A stretch of 64,000 bases of DNA from the human T2T-CHM13v2.0 reference genome, Homo sapiens: assembly GCF_009914755.1 (NCBI RefSeq), contig NC_060945.1. The stretch is one strand, 5' to 3'. Both the position numbers and the translations under genes were made by a program. Under the pieces are notes generated by a model. It ran no database searches. It was not told the origin of the DNA and saw only the letters and a list, made by a program, of their open reading frames with translations. Positions 45,507 through 59,663 of this stretch are shown piece by piece. Within the stretch, counting starts at the first letter, position 1. Each line of letters begins with the position of its first letter.

Positions 45507-46125
45507 TGTCACAGGGTGAACCTGTGACAAAATTGGGGTTCAGCCTGGGAAGCCACATGAGTTGTTGGCTTCGCACAGGATGGAATTAAAGAGCAAGCTG
45601 ACAGAATTAAGTGAAAGCAAGTTTATTAAGAAAGTCAAGGAATGAAAGGGTGGCTACTCCATAGGCAGAGCAGCAGCATGGGCTGCTCCACTGAGTATAC
45701 TTATGGTTATTTCTTGATCATATGCTAAACAAGTGGTGGATTATTCATAAGTTGTCTGCAAAAGGGGTGGGAGTTCTGGAACTGAGGGTTCCTCACTTTT
45801 TTCGATGATATAGGGTAACTTCTGCATGTTGCCATGGCATTTGTAAACTGTGGTGGCACTGGTGGGAGTTTCCTTTAGCATGCTAATATATTGTAATTAG
45901 CATATAATAAGCAGTGAGGACAGTTTTGTCACCATCTTGGTTTTGGCAGGCTTTGGCCAGCTTCTTTACTGCGTCCTGTCTTATCAGCAGGGTCTTTGTG
46001 ACCTCCTGTTTTATCACATAACTAAGAATGCCTAACCCCCTGGGAATGCAGCCCAGCAGGTCTCAGCCTCATTTTACCCAGCTGCTACTCAAGATGGAGT
46101 CACTCTGGTTCCAACACCTCTGACA
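45507..46125 (-). mobile_element. MER41-family solo LTR (ERV1), intron 1
   Basis: Right end is the reverse complement of TGTCAGAGGTGTTGGAACCAGAGTGACTCCATCTTGAG (MER41 start); TSD ACAG/AGAG. Confidence 0.88.
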
Positions 46126-46419
46126 AGAGCAGGGGGTGACCTGTCACCTGGGGCTCAGCAGGACAATAACTCTAGGAAAAACTGGAAAGGCTGATAGCCT
46201 TGAATTTAACCTAAGGAGCTTGGTGCATTGTCAGGCAACAGTGAGCTACAGACTGAGCTCACTACATAATTCACAGGGCCCACCCAGAGCCAAATAAAAA
46301 TGCCTGAGAAAGTACCACTAAAGGTACTAAAATATAAAGCCTTTTCTTCCACAGTCTCTCTCTCTCAACACGTAATGTTTTTTTGTTTGCTATTTAATAT
46401 CATTCTAAGTAAAAAAATA

Positions 46420-46736
46420 GGCCGGGCATGGTGGCTAACGCCTGTAATCCCAGCACTTTGGGAGGCCAAGTCAGGTGGATCATGAGGTCAGGAGATCGAG
46501 ACCATCCTGGCTAACACTGTGAAACCCCGTCTCTACTAAAAATACAAAAAATTAGCTGGGTGTGGTGGCGGGCGCCTGTAGTCCCAGCTACTCTGGAGGC
46601 TGAGGCAGGAGAATGGAGTGAACTCGGAAGGCGGAGCTTGCAGTGAGCCAAAGTTTGCGCCACTGCACTCCAGCCTGGGGGACAGAGTGAGACTCTGTCT
46701 CAAAAAATAAAATAAAATAAAAAATAAAAATAAAAA
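46420..46736 (+). mobile_element. AluY
   Basis: Diagnostic bases. Confidence 0.94.
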
Positions 46737-47850
46737 CTTGAATTATTAGCATGAATATTGCAGTTCTTTATATTATGCAAAACCAGATTTAAATAAGAGC
46801 ATTTAATTCATATATGGAATTGCCAAGTTATACCATTAGTACTTTACAGCACATCTTGGGAGGTTCCCTTGAACTAGCCAGAAGAAGCAAACTGAAGCCA
46901 GACAGAGGAAGATTGCAAAGAGGAAGAGAGGGTCTCCACCAGGCACAGAGCCACCCAAGGGAGCCCTCCCTCAGGCTCAGGGATACCGAGGGAGCCAGAG
47001 CAGATTCACACAGGTCCCTGGGGCCCCTCTGCCCTGGTGACTCTAGGATGCATGTACTTGCACCTGACTTCTAGGCATCCCCCTCCTGCTAGCTTCCCCT
47101 CGATCCAGCCTGGGGCAGGCTCTGTGGAAGTCAAGCCTTGCATCTCCCTTTCCCAAGCACCTACCATCCTAACCCACAGTGTAGTGGCCACGTCCAAGGG
47201 TCTTTACGTCTCTGCCTCAGATATGCTAGGTACCTGGGTCAAGAGTGACCCAGAGACTCATCCCTGCCAGACCCAACCTCCAGCCAGTCACCCTCTGACT
47301 CAGTCCATGGGGCGAGGCTGGAGTGCTGGCCCTGACCTCTCCAGCATCTGCACCAGGAGGGCTTCAGCGGAATGTGGTCCCAGTTGATGCCCCATGCCAA
47401 CAGTAGCAGCAGCAGTTGTTAGGCATAGAGATTGAAGCCAGACAGGGCCTGGGATTCCTCTGCTGGGAGCCTAAACTGCAGGAGATGGGGAAGGATCCAA
47501 GTGTGAGCTGGGGCTCCTAGCACAAAACTCACATTGAAAGATAAAATGGTTAAGAATTTCAGGATAGCCACAGGAGAACCTCAAGCCAAGTGTAGGATCC
47601 TTCTAGCTGCAGGGCCTGGGGGTACTGAGACTAGCCCTGTTGACAGGAGCCATGCTTTAGGAAGACTGATCTATTTGTAGTCAGCAAGAGTTTTAAGGAG
47701 CTCCATTAACAATTTAGGCACGATGCCAAGATGGGATATTATATTTTCCAAGCAAGAAGAATCTGGTAATCAGGCATATGGTTCCAAGTGAAGTATAAGT
47801 CACCAGAAAGCAAGGAAGGAAGCCATCCCCTGGCCCAGAGGGGGAGAATG

Positions 47851-47852
<2 letters not shown>

Positions 47853-47892
<40 letters not shown>
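47853..47892. repeat. (GT)~20 microsatellite, intron 1
   Basis: Directly visible. Confidence 0.95.
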
Positions 47893-47897
<5 letters not shown>

Positions 47898-48012
47898 CGG
47901 CTGCTGAAGAGACTGAGTGTTCCTGCAGATATATAACAAAGATGAAGATGTGCCACCGTTGGAGACAAATGGGGACCAGAGGCCACATGTCAGAGGTCAG
48001 GTGAGGTGTTCA

Positions 48013-48438
<426 letters not shown>

Positions 48439-48650
48439 TCAGCAGATGTTTCTCAATGGGTACAGTATTATGGGATTAGTTCCAGGCAGTCGTGCTTGGA
48501 TATCTCATGGGTGGTGGAGTCTGTAGCAAGGCTGGAAATTTTGACTTGGAATCACTTGGATTTCTCTAAGAGAATACCCCAGGTTGGATGTGTTACTGTG
48601 GCAGCAGAGAAGACTTAAAAATTACATTGTTTTTAGCTTGAACTTCGTCT

Positions 48651-49162
48651 TGTGAAGTCCTAATTAGGGAAGAGGAGTCAGGCTGGGGGTCTAGGGGAAA
48701 GCAAAGAGATAAAGCAGATAAGCCATAGGTCTACCTTGCTTCATGGTCCAGGACATACAAACAAAAAGAAGAAGCAGATAAGCTATAGGTCTGCCTTTCT
48801 TTATGGCCCAGGACATACGACCCTCCTGCACACATAACTCACAATCTTCCTGCGTATCATCAAATGCTTCAACTTATCATCAAACATCTCGGCTGACCGA
48901 AAAATGCAAGTTAGCTCCCTGCTACCTTGGCGTTGTCAGTCCTCCACATAGCACTCTTCAGCTCAAATTGCATTTTATAAAATCCCCAGCAAGCCTTTGT
49001 CTCCTGGCAGTCAACTCGTCTCTTACTGACCTGCCCATTGCTCCCTTGCAATGTATTTTCCTACTTTCTCTAATAAATCTGCCTTTCTTGACCTAAACTG
49101 TCATGGTAAATTCTTCTTACTCCTATGTCACCAGCCACAGACAGTCGCCACAAGCCATGACA
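48651..49162 (+). mobile_element. MER83-like ERV1 solo LTR (sense to IFNAR2)
   Basis: TGTGAAGTCCTAATTAGGGAAGAGGAGTCAGGCTGG...TGACA; TATAAAA at 48976; AATAAA at 49072. Confidence 0.72.
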
Positions 49163-50189
49163 AGTCTGCGATTTCATGGTCTTTTTTTATTTTGATGATA
49201 TTTCCCCAGTGTTTGGGGGACAGAAGAATGCCCACAATCTATAGGTCTTAGTCACATGGATGGGGACAGAATATCTGAGAGAGAGAGAAGGAACAAGATC
49301 TACTGGGGCTCCTTAAAATTCTTCTTGAAGAACTCCTTTCTCACCTTGGAGTAGGGAAGACTTTCTGATTATGACTCAAAATTTAGAAGCTAAGAAAGAA
49401 AATACCTTTAAATCTGAAAACATAAAACTCAAAAACTTCTGGGTGTTTTTTTGGGGGGGTTGTTTTTTTTTAAACAGCACAAGCAACTCAAAGGGCAAGT
49501 GACAAACTGGGGAGAGAAGAAAAAGATGTGACTCATATCACAGTTTCCCTTCTACTTAAAAAAAAAAAAACTGCAAACCAGTAAGAAAATAGCAACAGCT
49601 CAACAGAAAAATTGCCAAAGGCACGAACAGTTAATGAGAAGGAGATGCAAATCGCTCTTAAACCTATGAAAAGATGAAGGTGTTCCATCACAAAGAGTAA
49701 GAGAAATACAAATTAATATTAATGTGAAAGACAACTTTTCATTTATGAATTTGAGAAAAATCCAAGAACTTGATGATATACCTCTAAGAAGCAACGGTAG
49801 GGAAACGAAAATTCTCACACATTGCAGGTGGTTATGTAAATTGGTATAGCCCCGCGGGTGGTCAGTGTGACAGTTTCTATCCAAATTACAGATGCATAGT
49901 TTCATTGCCAGGTCTCTTCTGTCTGCTTCTTCAGACCCACCCTCCCCTCTCCCCACTGTTTAGTTGGCCCAGGACCCTGTCTGGTAAGGATACAACTCCA
50001 GGCCCCTTGCCCTATGGCTTCTGGTTGTGTTCAGCCGATGGGGAGCCGCAAATAAGAGAAGGAAGGGACACTGTGAGTGATATTTATCCCTCAGCTTCCT
50101 GCCTGCACTGTCCTCTTGGTCTGGCTGTGTCCAGTGGTCTCATGTCATAGCTGCTCATACAGGAGTTTCTCCTTACAAATTGCAATGTT

Positions 50190-50920
50190 GGCTTCTCTTC
50201 CCCCTCCGGCCCAGAGTGATTACAGCCATCAATGTTGTGAGCTACAGGTTCTATACCCTCCCTTCTGCAGGCCCAGAATGGTAACAGCCCTCAATGTTGT
50301 GAGCTGCAGGTTCTGTACTCTCCCTCCTGGGGCCCAGAGTGGTCACAGCCCTCAATGTTGTGAGCTACAGGTTCTATACTCTCCTTTCTGCAGGCCCAGA
50401 GTGGTGACAGCCCTCAATGTTGTGAGCTACAGCTCTCAATGTTGTGAGCTACAGGTTCTATACCCTCCGTTCTGCAGACCCAGAATGTTACAGCCCTCAA
50501 TGTTGTGATCTGCAGGTTCTGTACTCTCCCTCCTGGGGCCCAGAGTGGTCACAGCCCTCAATGTTGTGAGCTACAGGTTCTATATTCTCCCTTCTGCAGG
50601 CCCAGAGTGGTCACAGCCCTCAATGTTGTGAGCTACAGGTTCTATATTCTCCCTTCTGCAGGCCCAGAGTGGTCACAGCCCTCAATGTTGTGAGCTACAG
50701 GTTCTATATTCTCCCTTCTGCAGGCCCAGAGTGGTCACAGCCCTCAATGTTGTGAGCTACAGGTTCTATATTCTCCCTTCTGCAGGCCCAGAGTGGTCAC
50801 AGCCCTCAATGTTGTGAGCTACAGGTTCTGGAGTCTCCCTTCTGGACCCCAGAGTGGTCACAGGCCTCAATGTTGTGAGCTGCAGATTCTATACTCTCCC
50901 TTCTGGTTTGCCTACAGCCC
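50190..50920. repeat. 62-bp minisatellite (VNTR), ~11-12 units
   Basis: Unit GGCCCAGAGTGGTCACAGCCCTCAATGTTGTGAGCTACAGGTTCTATATTCTCCCTTCTGCA; identical unit starts at 50599, 50661, 50723, 50785. Confidence 0.96.
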
Positions 50921-50939
50921 TCTCACACATTTGTAAATA

Positions 50940-51247
50940 TAGTCCTGCAACCCCTAATGATGTCTTGGGCAAAGATGGACCTTTTATATGACGATAGCCC
51001 CATAAGATTATACCATATTTCTACTGTACCTTTTCTGTGTCTAAATATGTTCAGATACACAAATGCCACTGTGTTGCAACTGCTTACAGTATTCAGCACA
51101 GTACCATGCTGCACAGATTTATAGCCTAGGAACAATAGTCTATACCATATAACCTAGATGTGTAGTTGGCTATGCTATCTAGGTTTGTCTAAGTATACTC
51201 TGATGTTCATACAACAAAATAGCCTAACAATGAATTTCTCAGAACAC
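50940..51247 (+). mobile_element. Tigger3a (MER7)-like DNA transposon fragment
   Basis: CCCATAAGATTATACCATATTTCTACTGTACCTTTTCT...AGCCTAGGAACAATAG. Confidence 0.75.
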
Positions 51248-51975
51248 AGCACTGTTCACAGTTGCAAAGATATGGAATCAACCTAAGTATCCATCAACAA
51301 ATGATTGGATAAAGAAAATGTGGCTAGGTGTGGTGCTCACATCTGTAATCCCAGCACTTTGGGAGGCCAAGGCGAGAATCCAGGAGTTTGAGATCAGCCT
51401 GGGCAACATAGTGAGACCCTATCTCTACAAAAAAAAGGTTTTTTTAATTAGCCGGTGTGTGATGACACATACCTGTAGTCTCAGCTACTTAGGGGGACAG
51501 GTGGGAGGATTGCTTGAGCCTGGGAGGTTGAGGCTGCAGTGAGCCATGATTGCACCACTGCACTCCAGGCTAGGCAACACAGCAAGACCCTGTCTCAAAA
51601 AAAAAAAAAAAGTTACATATATAACACACAGTATATTCAGCCATAAAAAAGAATGAAATCGTGTTTTTGCAGCAACATGGATGGAACTGGAGGCCATTAT
51701 CTTAAGAGAAACAACTCAGAAACAGTCAATACCACATGTTCTTATAAGTGGGAGCTATTAATAAAAAATGTGCACACGTTGACATATATATAATGTGGAA
51801 TGATAGTCATTACTGACTGAGAAGGGTGGATTGGGTGTGGGGAGTTAAGGAATGAGAAATTACTTAATGGGTATAATGTATACTATTCAGGTGATGGATA
51901 CACTAAAAGCCCAAATTTCACCACTATGCAATATATCTATCTAACAAAACTGCACTTGTACCCCTTAAATTTATT
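51248..51975 (+). mobile_element. L1 3' end (L1MA/PB-like) split by an Alu
   Basis: ATGGAATCAACCTAAGTATCCATCAACAAATGATTGGATAAAGAAAATGTGG...GCAACATGGATGGAACTGGAGGCCATTATC. Confidence 0.88.
51322..51611 (+). mobile_element. Alu (J-type)
   Basis: Dimeric Alu. Confidence 0.92.
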
Positions 51976-52621
51976 TTTTTAAAAAGCGTGTATCCTAATT
52001 TGAATGAGCTGTTTCTTGCCAGAACCCTAACTGATATGTCCTTTGTCTAGCAATTCTACTTCTGGAAATTTTCCCACACTTAAACTGGCACATGTGCAAA
52101 ATGAAAGAGATTTCCTTGCAGAAGAGACTGGAAATAATTCAAATGTCTATAGTAGGGGTACTAATTATATAAATAATGGTGTGTCTATAGAGTAGAACTG
52201 TATCCAGCTATTTAAAAAACAAGGATAGAAAGATCTTCCAAACATATTTTTAAGTGGAAAAAGCAGGGTGGAACAGGGACTATACATGCTATCTCTTGTC
52301 TAAAAGATGGGGAAATTAGGAATATGTATTTGTTTTTGCTTATGCATGAAGATACTCTGAAGGATTCACAAAAGAAAAAAAAGTTTTCTAAAGGGAGCAA
52401 GACTTTTCACAATTTTTTTTTTGAATGCTTAAAATTGTTGAACCCAACGACTGTTGCCTGTTCAAAAGTTAAATTTAAAATTCCTCCCAGACTAGGTAGG
52501 GGATTGGGCCCAGAAGCTGAGACCAGGCTCACTTGAATAAATGGGGTAAATGACTAGGAATTTTACTATTCCTTACAGGTCTCTCATTATCTTGTCTTTG
52601 CTCCCATTTTTATATTTGCAG

Positions 52622-52704
52622 TTTAATTAGACACTTCAGAATTTTGATCACCTAATGTTGATTTCAGATGTAAAAGTCAAGAGAAGACTCTAAAAATAGC
52701 AAAG
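52622..52704 (+). other. IFNAR2: IFNAR2 exon 2 5' UTR with two candidate acceptors (exon start 52622 or 52668)
   Basis: tttttatatttgcAG|TTT and ctaatgttgatttcAG|ATG, the latter with a CTAAT branch-like motif just upstream. Confidence 0.8.
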
Positions 52705-52759
52705 ATGCTTTTGAGCCAGAATGCCTTCATCGTCAGATCACTTAATTTGGTTCTCATGG
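52705..52759 (+). CDS. IFNAR2: IFNAR2 exon 2 CDS (MLLSQNAFIVRSLNLVLM, signal peptide)
   Basis: aagATG at 52705; 55 nt; donor G|GTAAGT. Confidence 0.97.
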
Positions 52760-53232
52760 GTAAGTGCTGCTTTTTATCTTAGCTCTTATAGAAGCAAGCT
52801 GTGATGCCATCCTCACTGAGAGCACTGGCAGGAAGTCGCAAACTCATTTCCCTGACTAGAGGACCCAGTACCACCCTGCCTAGTGTCAGGAGTTAAGTGG
52901 AAAGCAAATAGGAAACCTACACTAGTAGTTTAGATTCAATGTAGATTCCTGTCCTGTTGTTAATTTTAGGAAAACAAATGAGTGACTTAAGGCAATAATA
53001 ATCAGGACTATCCTCGCCATAATTTGAAGAGTAATTTCTCCTAACACGCTTTCTTCCTCCCCAATCTTTGATAAATGTCTTTTACCTCTAAAGTTGATTA
53101 ATTAGCAACATGCTTATTCATATTCTGTGAATATTTCTAGGATGGACAATTGCCTCTGAGGACATTCCCTCAGCCAGCCCAAGTACTTAAACAAAAACAA
53201 GGAAATTCTTTGATGTTAAAGATCTCGTGTGT

Positions 53233-53866
<634 letters not shown>

Positions 53867-53867
53867 A

Positions 53868-54161
53868 TTTTTTTTTTTTTTAGACAGAGTCTCCCTCTGT
53901 CACCCAGGCTGGAATGCAGTGAGCGATCTCACCTCACTGCAGCCTCCGCCTCCTGGGTTCGCGCTATTCTCCTGCCTTAGCCTCCCAAGTAGTTGGGACT
54001 GCAGGTGTGCACCACCACACCCAGCTAATTTTTTGTATTTTTAGTAGAGACAGGGTTTTGCCGTGTTGGCCAGGCTGATCTCGAATCCTGACCTTGTGTG
54101 ATCCACCCACCTCGGCCTCCCAAAGTGCTGGGATTACAGACGTGAGCCACGACGCCCGGCC
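53868..54161 (-). mobile_element. Alu (S-type), intron 2
   Basis: Reverse Alu, tandem with the previous one. Confidence 0.94.
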
Positions 54162-54451
54162 CCAGATATATTTTTAAGTGGAAAAAGCAGGGCAGAACAG
54201 GGACCGTACATATTGTTGTTAGTGTCAGCTCCCAAATGGATCTTATTTTATCTCAGATCACAGTCCTTGCACCATGTGCTGCTGGCACCAATGTAGAGTA
54301 AAAACCATCTATGTGGGCATTTTTTTGGCACAAGAAAAATCTCAATCTGATACCAATAAATGTGTGTTAAAGAATGTCAGACTTAGAGTAATCATTGCAA
54401 GTTGAGCCCAGATAAAACTATTGCCTCTCTAATGTGTTTTCTTCCTTCTAG

Positions 54452-54493
54452 TGTATATCAGCCTCGTGTTTGGTATTTCATATGATTCGCCTG
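54452..54493 (+). CDS. IFNAR2: IFNAR2 exon 3 (42 nt; VYISLVFGISYDSP)
   Basis: ttcttccttctAG acceptor; G|GTAAGA donor; phase 1-1. Confidence 0.96.
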
Positions 54494-55374
54494 GTAAGAG
54501 ATGTTTTTTGGCTTCACTAAATTTTGTATAAGAGTGAAAGTGTTGGGGCAACCATTCAGAGGTATAAAATGTGGGAGATTTGATTTCTGATTGTACATCT
54601 GTTGCCTGTTTTATTGGGATTCTTTCTCTGTAAAAGGAGCTAAAATGAGCTAACTCTGGTTTTTTGAGAGATACAAAACTAGTCTAAGAAATGAACACTA
54701 GAGATCATTTTTAAACTTCTTTAAAGAATATTCAAACTCTTAATAATCTCACTAATAAAAGAATGAGGAGACACAGACTGTGCCAAATAAAAAATGGCCC
54801 AGAAATATTTACTCTTTAATTTACATTCTTCCACCCTGATGATTCCAGACAAAGGACAATAATTTTTTTTTAACTAAACTTCTTCCTACGTATATAAATC
54901 TGTCCACAAAACTTCACTAAGTATTAAATATGTGTCCAACCTTGTGCTAAGTGTTGGTTGGGGGTGAAGAGTTGGCAGTTGAGAAACAAAGGCCTGAGTC
55001 CTAACCACAGGAAACTTCGGTGATCTTTAAAAATTTAACCGTATAAGGCAGAATTTGGCAAGTCTGGCTTTAATGTCTCATTTATCACTGCCACTTCCCA
55101 CCTACATGACATTGTATAATTCAACTCAGTTTCACAGTCTGTAAAATGAATCTTTTCATAGTGCCTACTTCAGCATTGTTGTGGGGCTTAAATGCTTAGA
55201 AAGGGCCAGTCTGGGCTCATGTTATACTCCCCTGCTCTCTGTGATCCAGGGAATAAGTGAGCTGGGGAATCCAGAGGAAGGAAAATTTGCAGCGGGCTGA
55301 GCTACTTAAGGAGGACTTCATGGAGGAGCTGGGAGCAGAGTTGAGAGAACGGCTTGGGGAGGGAGAATGGGTAG

Positions 55375-55860
<486 letters not shown>

Positions 55861-56799
55861 TGATATTTCATTTTCTCTTGGTAAACATATTATTGTTCTG
55901 TTATATGGGGAGAGGTGATCTTTTCTCTCTCTCTGTCTCTCCCTCTCCCTTTTCCTATCTACCTCTCCTTCTCTCTGCGTTTCTTATTCAGAGCCTTAAA
56001 AAGCCAAAGACAAAACACCATCACACATCCATTTTTAATTCAGTTGAATACTTTAATAATCCAAATCTATTTTGACAAAGCTTGTATGTGTCATCAAAGC
56101 CAATTTCTACAGGTCAGAACCTCACATACAAAATAATTCTTGTGTATGGGTTAGGCAATGATTTCTCTAATTCAGTCAGTCTGAATGTTTAAAAGTCCTG
56201 TTATCTGAGGACAGGAATCCAAAGGTCTATTGACCATATTGATGGTTTATGTTCACTTTTCTTTACTCTGGTGGGACACCAGAAAGCTGCCTGGCCTAGT
56301 CTGGGACAGGCCTGGGTCCATAGTCTGGTTTGGTCACTAACCAGCTTGACACTTGGCACGGACCTCAGCCCCTAAGCTAATGCCTCTGCTGAGGGGTTGC
56401 TGCAAGGATTCGTGACATAATGGATGGAGTCCTGCTTGTCTTTTGTCTTCCCACACCTACCAATCGCCCTTAGAAGTCATTGCTTTGATCCAGCAGCCCC
56501 TTGGAGTGTCCTTTTGTTGGTTATTTATTTGGCCTAGAGCTGCTGCTGCTACTGCTTATTGACTGAGCCAGTGGGAGACCTCTTGTGAGTTTCTCTTCGG
56601 TGCCTGCTAAAAAGTTTTTCTCTGCATTGAGTGGTCACATGTATCATCCAACTAACTGAAGCTTGGTAGATGAGATATCTGCATTGTCCCTGAAATAGCC
56701 CAGGTCTGACTTAGGACTGGATCATCTAGTCTTAGCCAGAGAGGGAGGGGGTCTCAGGGAAGGCATTCATAATTGTCCCATAGAGGGAGGGAGATCTGA

Positions 56800-57161
<362 letters not shown>

Positions 57162-57496
57162 TTACTGAGCACCTACTACATGCCAGGGGGTCCAACTGTG
57201 AACCAAAGTCCCTGCCCTCCTGGAGCAGACATTATGTAAATGGAGACATCAGTAAACAAAGGTATAATGTGACAGGTGTGGGTAAATGCTACAATCAAGA
57301 AAAGAGAGGGATTGAAAGTGCAGGGGTGGGGAGGGCATAAGATGTTCCATTTTCAATAAGATGGTTGGGGAAGATCACTTAATACAATGATATTTGGGCA
57401 GAGCCCTAAAGGAAACAATGAAGTAAGGCGCCCAAAAATAGACTCTCATTACATCAATGCTAACAATTTCCTTTTTCCATTTTTTTCTTTCCAAAG

Positions 57497-57669
57497 TAAA
57501 CCAGAAGATTTGAAGGTGGTTAAGAACTGTGCAAATACCACAAGATCATTTTGTGACCTCACAGATGAGTGGAGAAGCACACACGAGGCCTATGTCACCG
57601 TCCTAGAAGGATTCAGCGGGAACACAACGTTGTTCAGTTGCTCACACAATTTCTGGCTGGCCATAGACA
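57497..57669 (+). CDS. IFNAR2: IFNAR2 exon 5 ([12 protein letters not shown]...WLAID)
   Basis: Inside ORF 57387..57737; ttctttccaaAG acceptor; A|GTGAGT donor; 173 nt. Confidence 0.97.
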
Positions 57670-57908
57670 GTGAGTTTTATCTCTGTTTCTCCACTTCGTC
57701 CCCATCATCAAGATCTTTATTATTTGCTATTCCATGAAATAGGAGGTCTACAAAGGTGTTTTAGACCTGGGGCTGGGCTCACCTCTTGGCCCTGCCACTT
57801 CCTAGCTCTGTAACCGTGGACTGCTTTGCTTCTCTGAGCCTTGGTTTTCTAAATCTGAAAAGTGGAATGATAATTTGTACTTTGCAGATTTGCCCCGTGC
57901 CTGTATAA

Positions 57909-58340
<432 letters not shown>

Positions 58341-59015
58341 CCAGTGTTTTCTTAATACAGCAACTCCACCCCCTCATTATAACCCAATGTTCTTTTGTGT
58401 GTGAACATCAAGTGTGCATGCACCTAGTACCCAAAGCTCAGAGGAGAAGACTAGACCCCAAGAACAGGCCTACCCCTTCTTTCTTTCCCTGTGACTCAAG
58501 TCAGTTCCCTAACACACTGTGTTAACAGCCCCAGCTGTGTTACTTTTTCAATTTCCCACTTTACAACGAGTTTCCAAGAGAACCATCTGGTCTCAGCTTC
58601 CTGTTGTAGGCTATGCGGGTGTGCACGTGCTCATACATGATTAGCAAAGTGGTAAGGATAACTGAATCCCCCTGTGGCAAACAATTCGGATACGACATTT
58701 GCTGGATTTGTGTGCATGTTTACGTATGTGTATAAACAGACATCTGTGTGTACACACAGAAAAGAAAGAAAATCAGAATTTATAGTTCATGGTATTTGGG
58801 TTGTTAAAGAATGCATATTAAAGTAACAGTGAGATATGTTTCATGGCTCAAATGATAAATATGAAAAATACATAAATATCCAGGTTTAGAGGGAATACAA
58901 AGAGTGTGCTTTGGCATGGTCCATCTGAAGTAATTGGCAGCATGTATTAAAAACCTTAACATGTGCTTACTCTAATCCAGAATTCTTTAGTAATTTGTCC
59001 CAAAGAAATTATTAA

Positions 59016-59225
59016 GGCCAGGCACAGTGGCTCACACCTGTAATCCCAGCACTTTGGGAGGCCTAGACCAGTGTATCACTTGAGCTCAGGAGTTCAAGAC
59101 CAGCCCGAGCAACATGGGGAAACCCTATGTCTACATTAAAAAAGAAAGAGAGAAAGAAAGAAAGTTAGGGGGGAGGGAGGGAGGGGGGGAGAGAGAGAGA
59201 GAGAAAGAGAAAAGAAAGAAAGAAA
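59016..59225 (+). mobile_element. Alu monomer (FLAM-like) with purine-rich tail
   Basis: Single arm; TSD AAAGAAATTATTAA. Confidence 0.88.
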
Positions 59226-59438
59226 TTATTAACGACAAATGCAAAAATTTAGTTCCAAGAATATCCCATGATACATTAAGTCTTTAATAAAAATCAGAGA
59301 CAATTTAAATGTTCAAAACAGTGAATCAGTTAAATCATGATACAGTCACTTAGTGGAATAGCATTAGCAATGAAAAATTATGATGTAAATCAGGACTTGG
59401 CAGATTTTCTATACAGGGCCAGAGAAGAACCACTTTAG

Positions 59439-59663
<225 letters not shown>

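Larger units (their letters stand above)
49905..52037 (+). mobile_element. LTR33-like ERVL LTR, fragmented by the VNTR, Tigger3, L1 and Alu
   Basis: CCCCTTGCCCTATGGCTTCTGGTTGTGTTCAGCCGATGGG; CACACATTTGTAAATA; terminal CTGTTTCTTGCCAGAACCCTAACTGATA. Confidence 0.65.

Noticed and set aside
50190-50920. Regular repeat array as CRISPR-like or coding repeat
   Set aside because: Head-to-tail units with no unique spacers, in human intronic DNA; the 62-nt period shifts frame.
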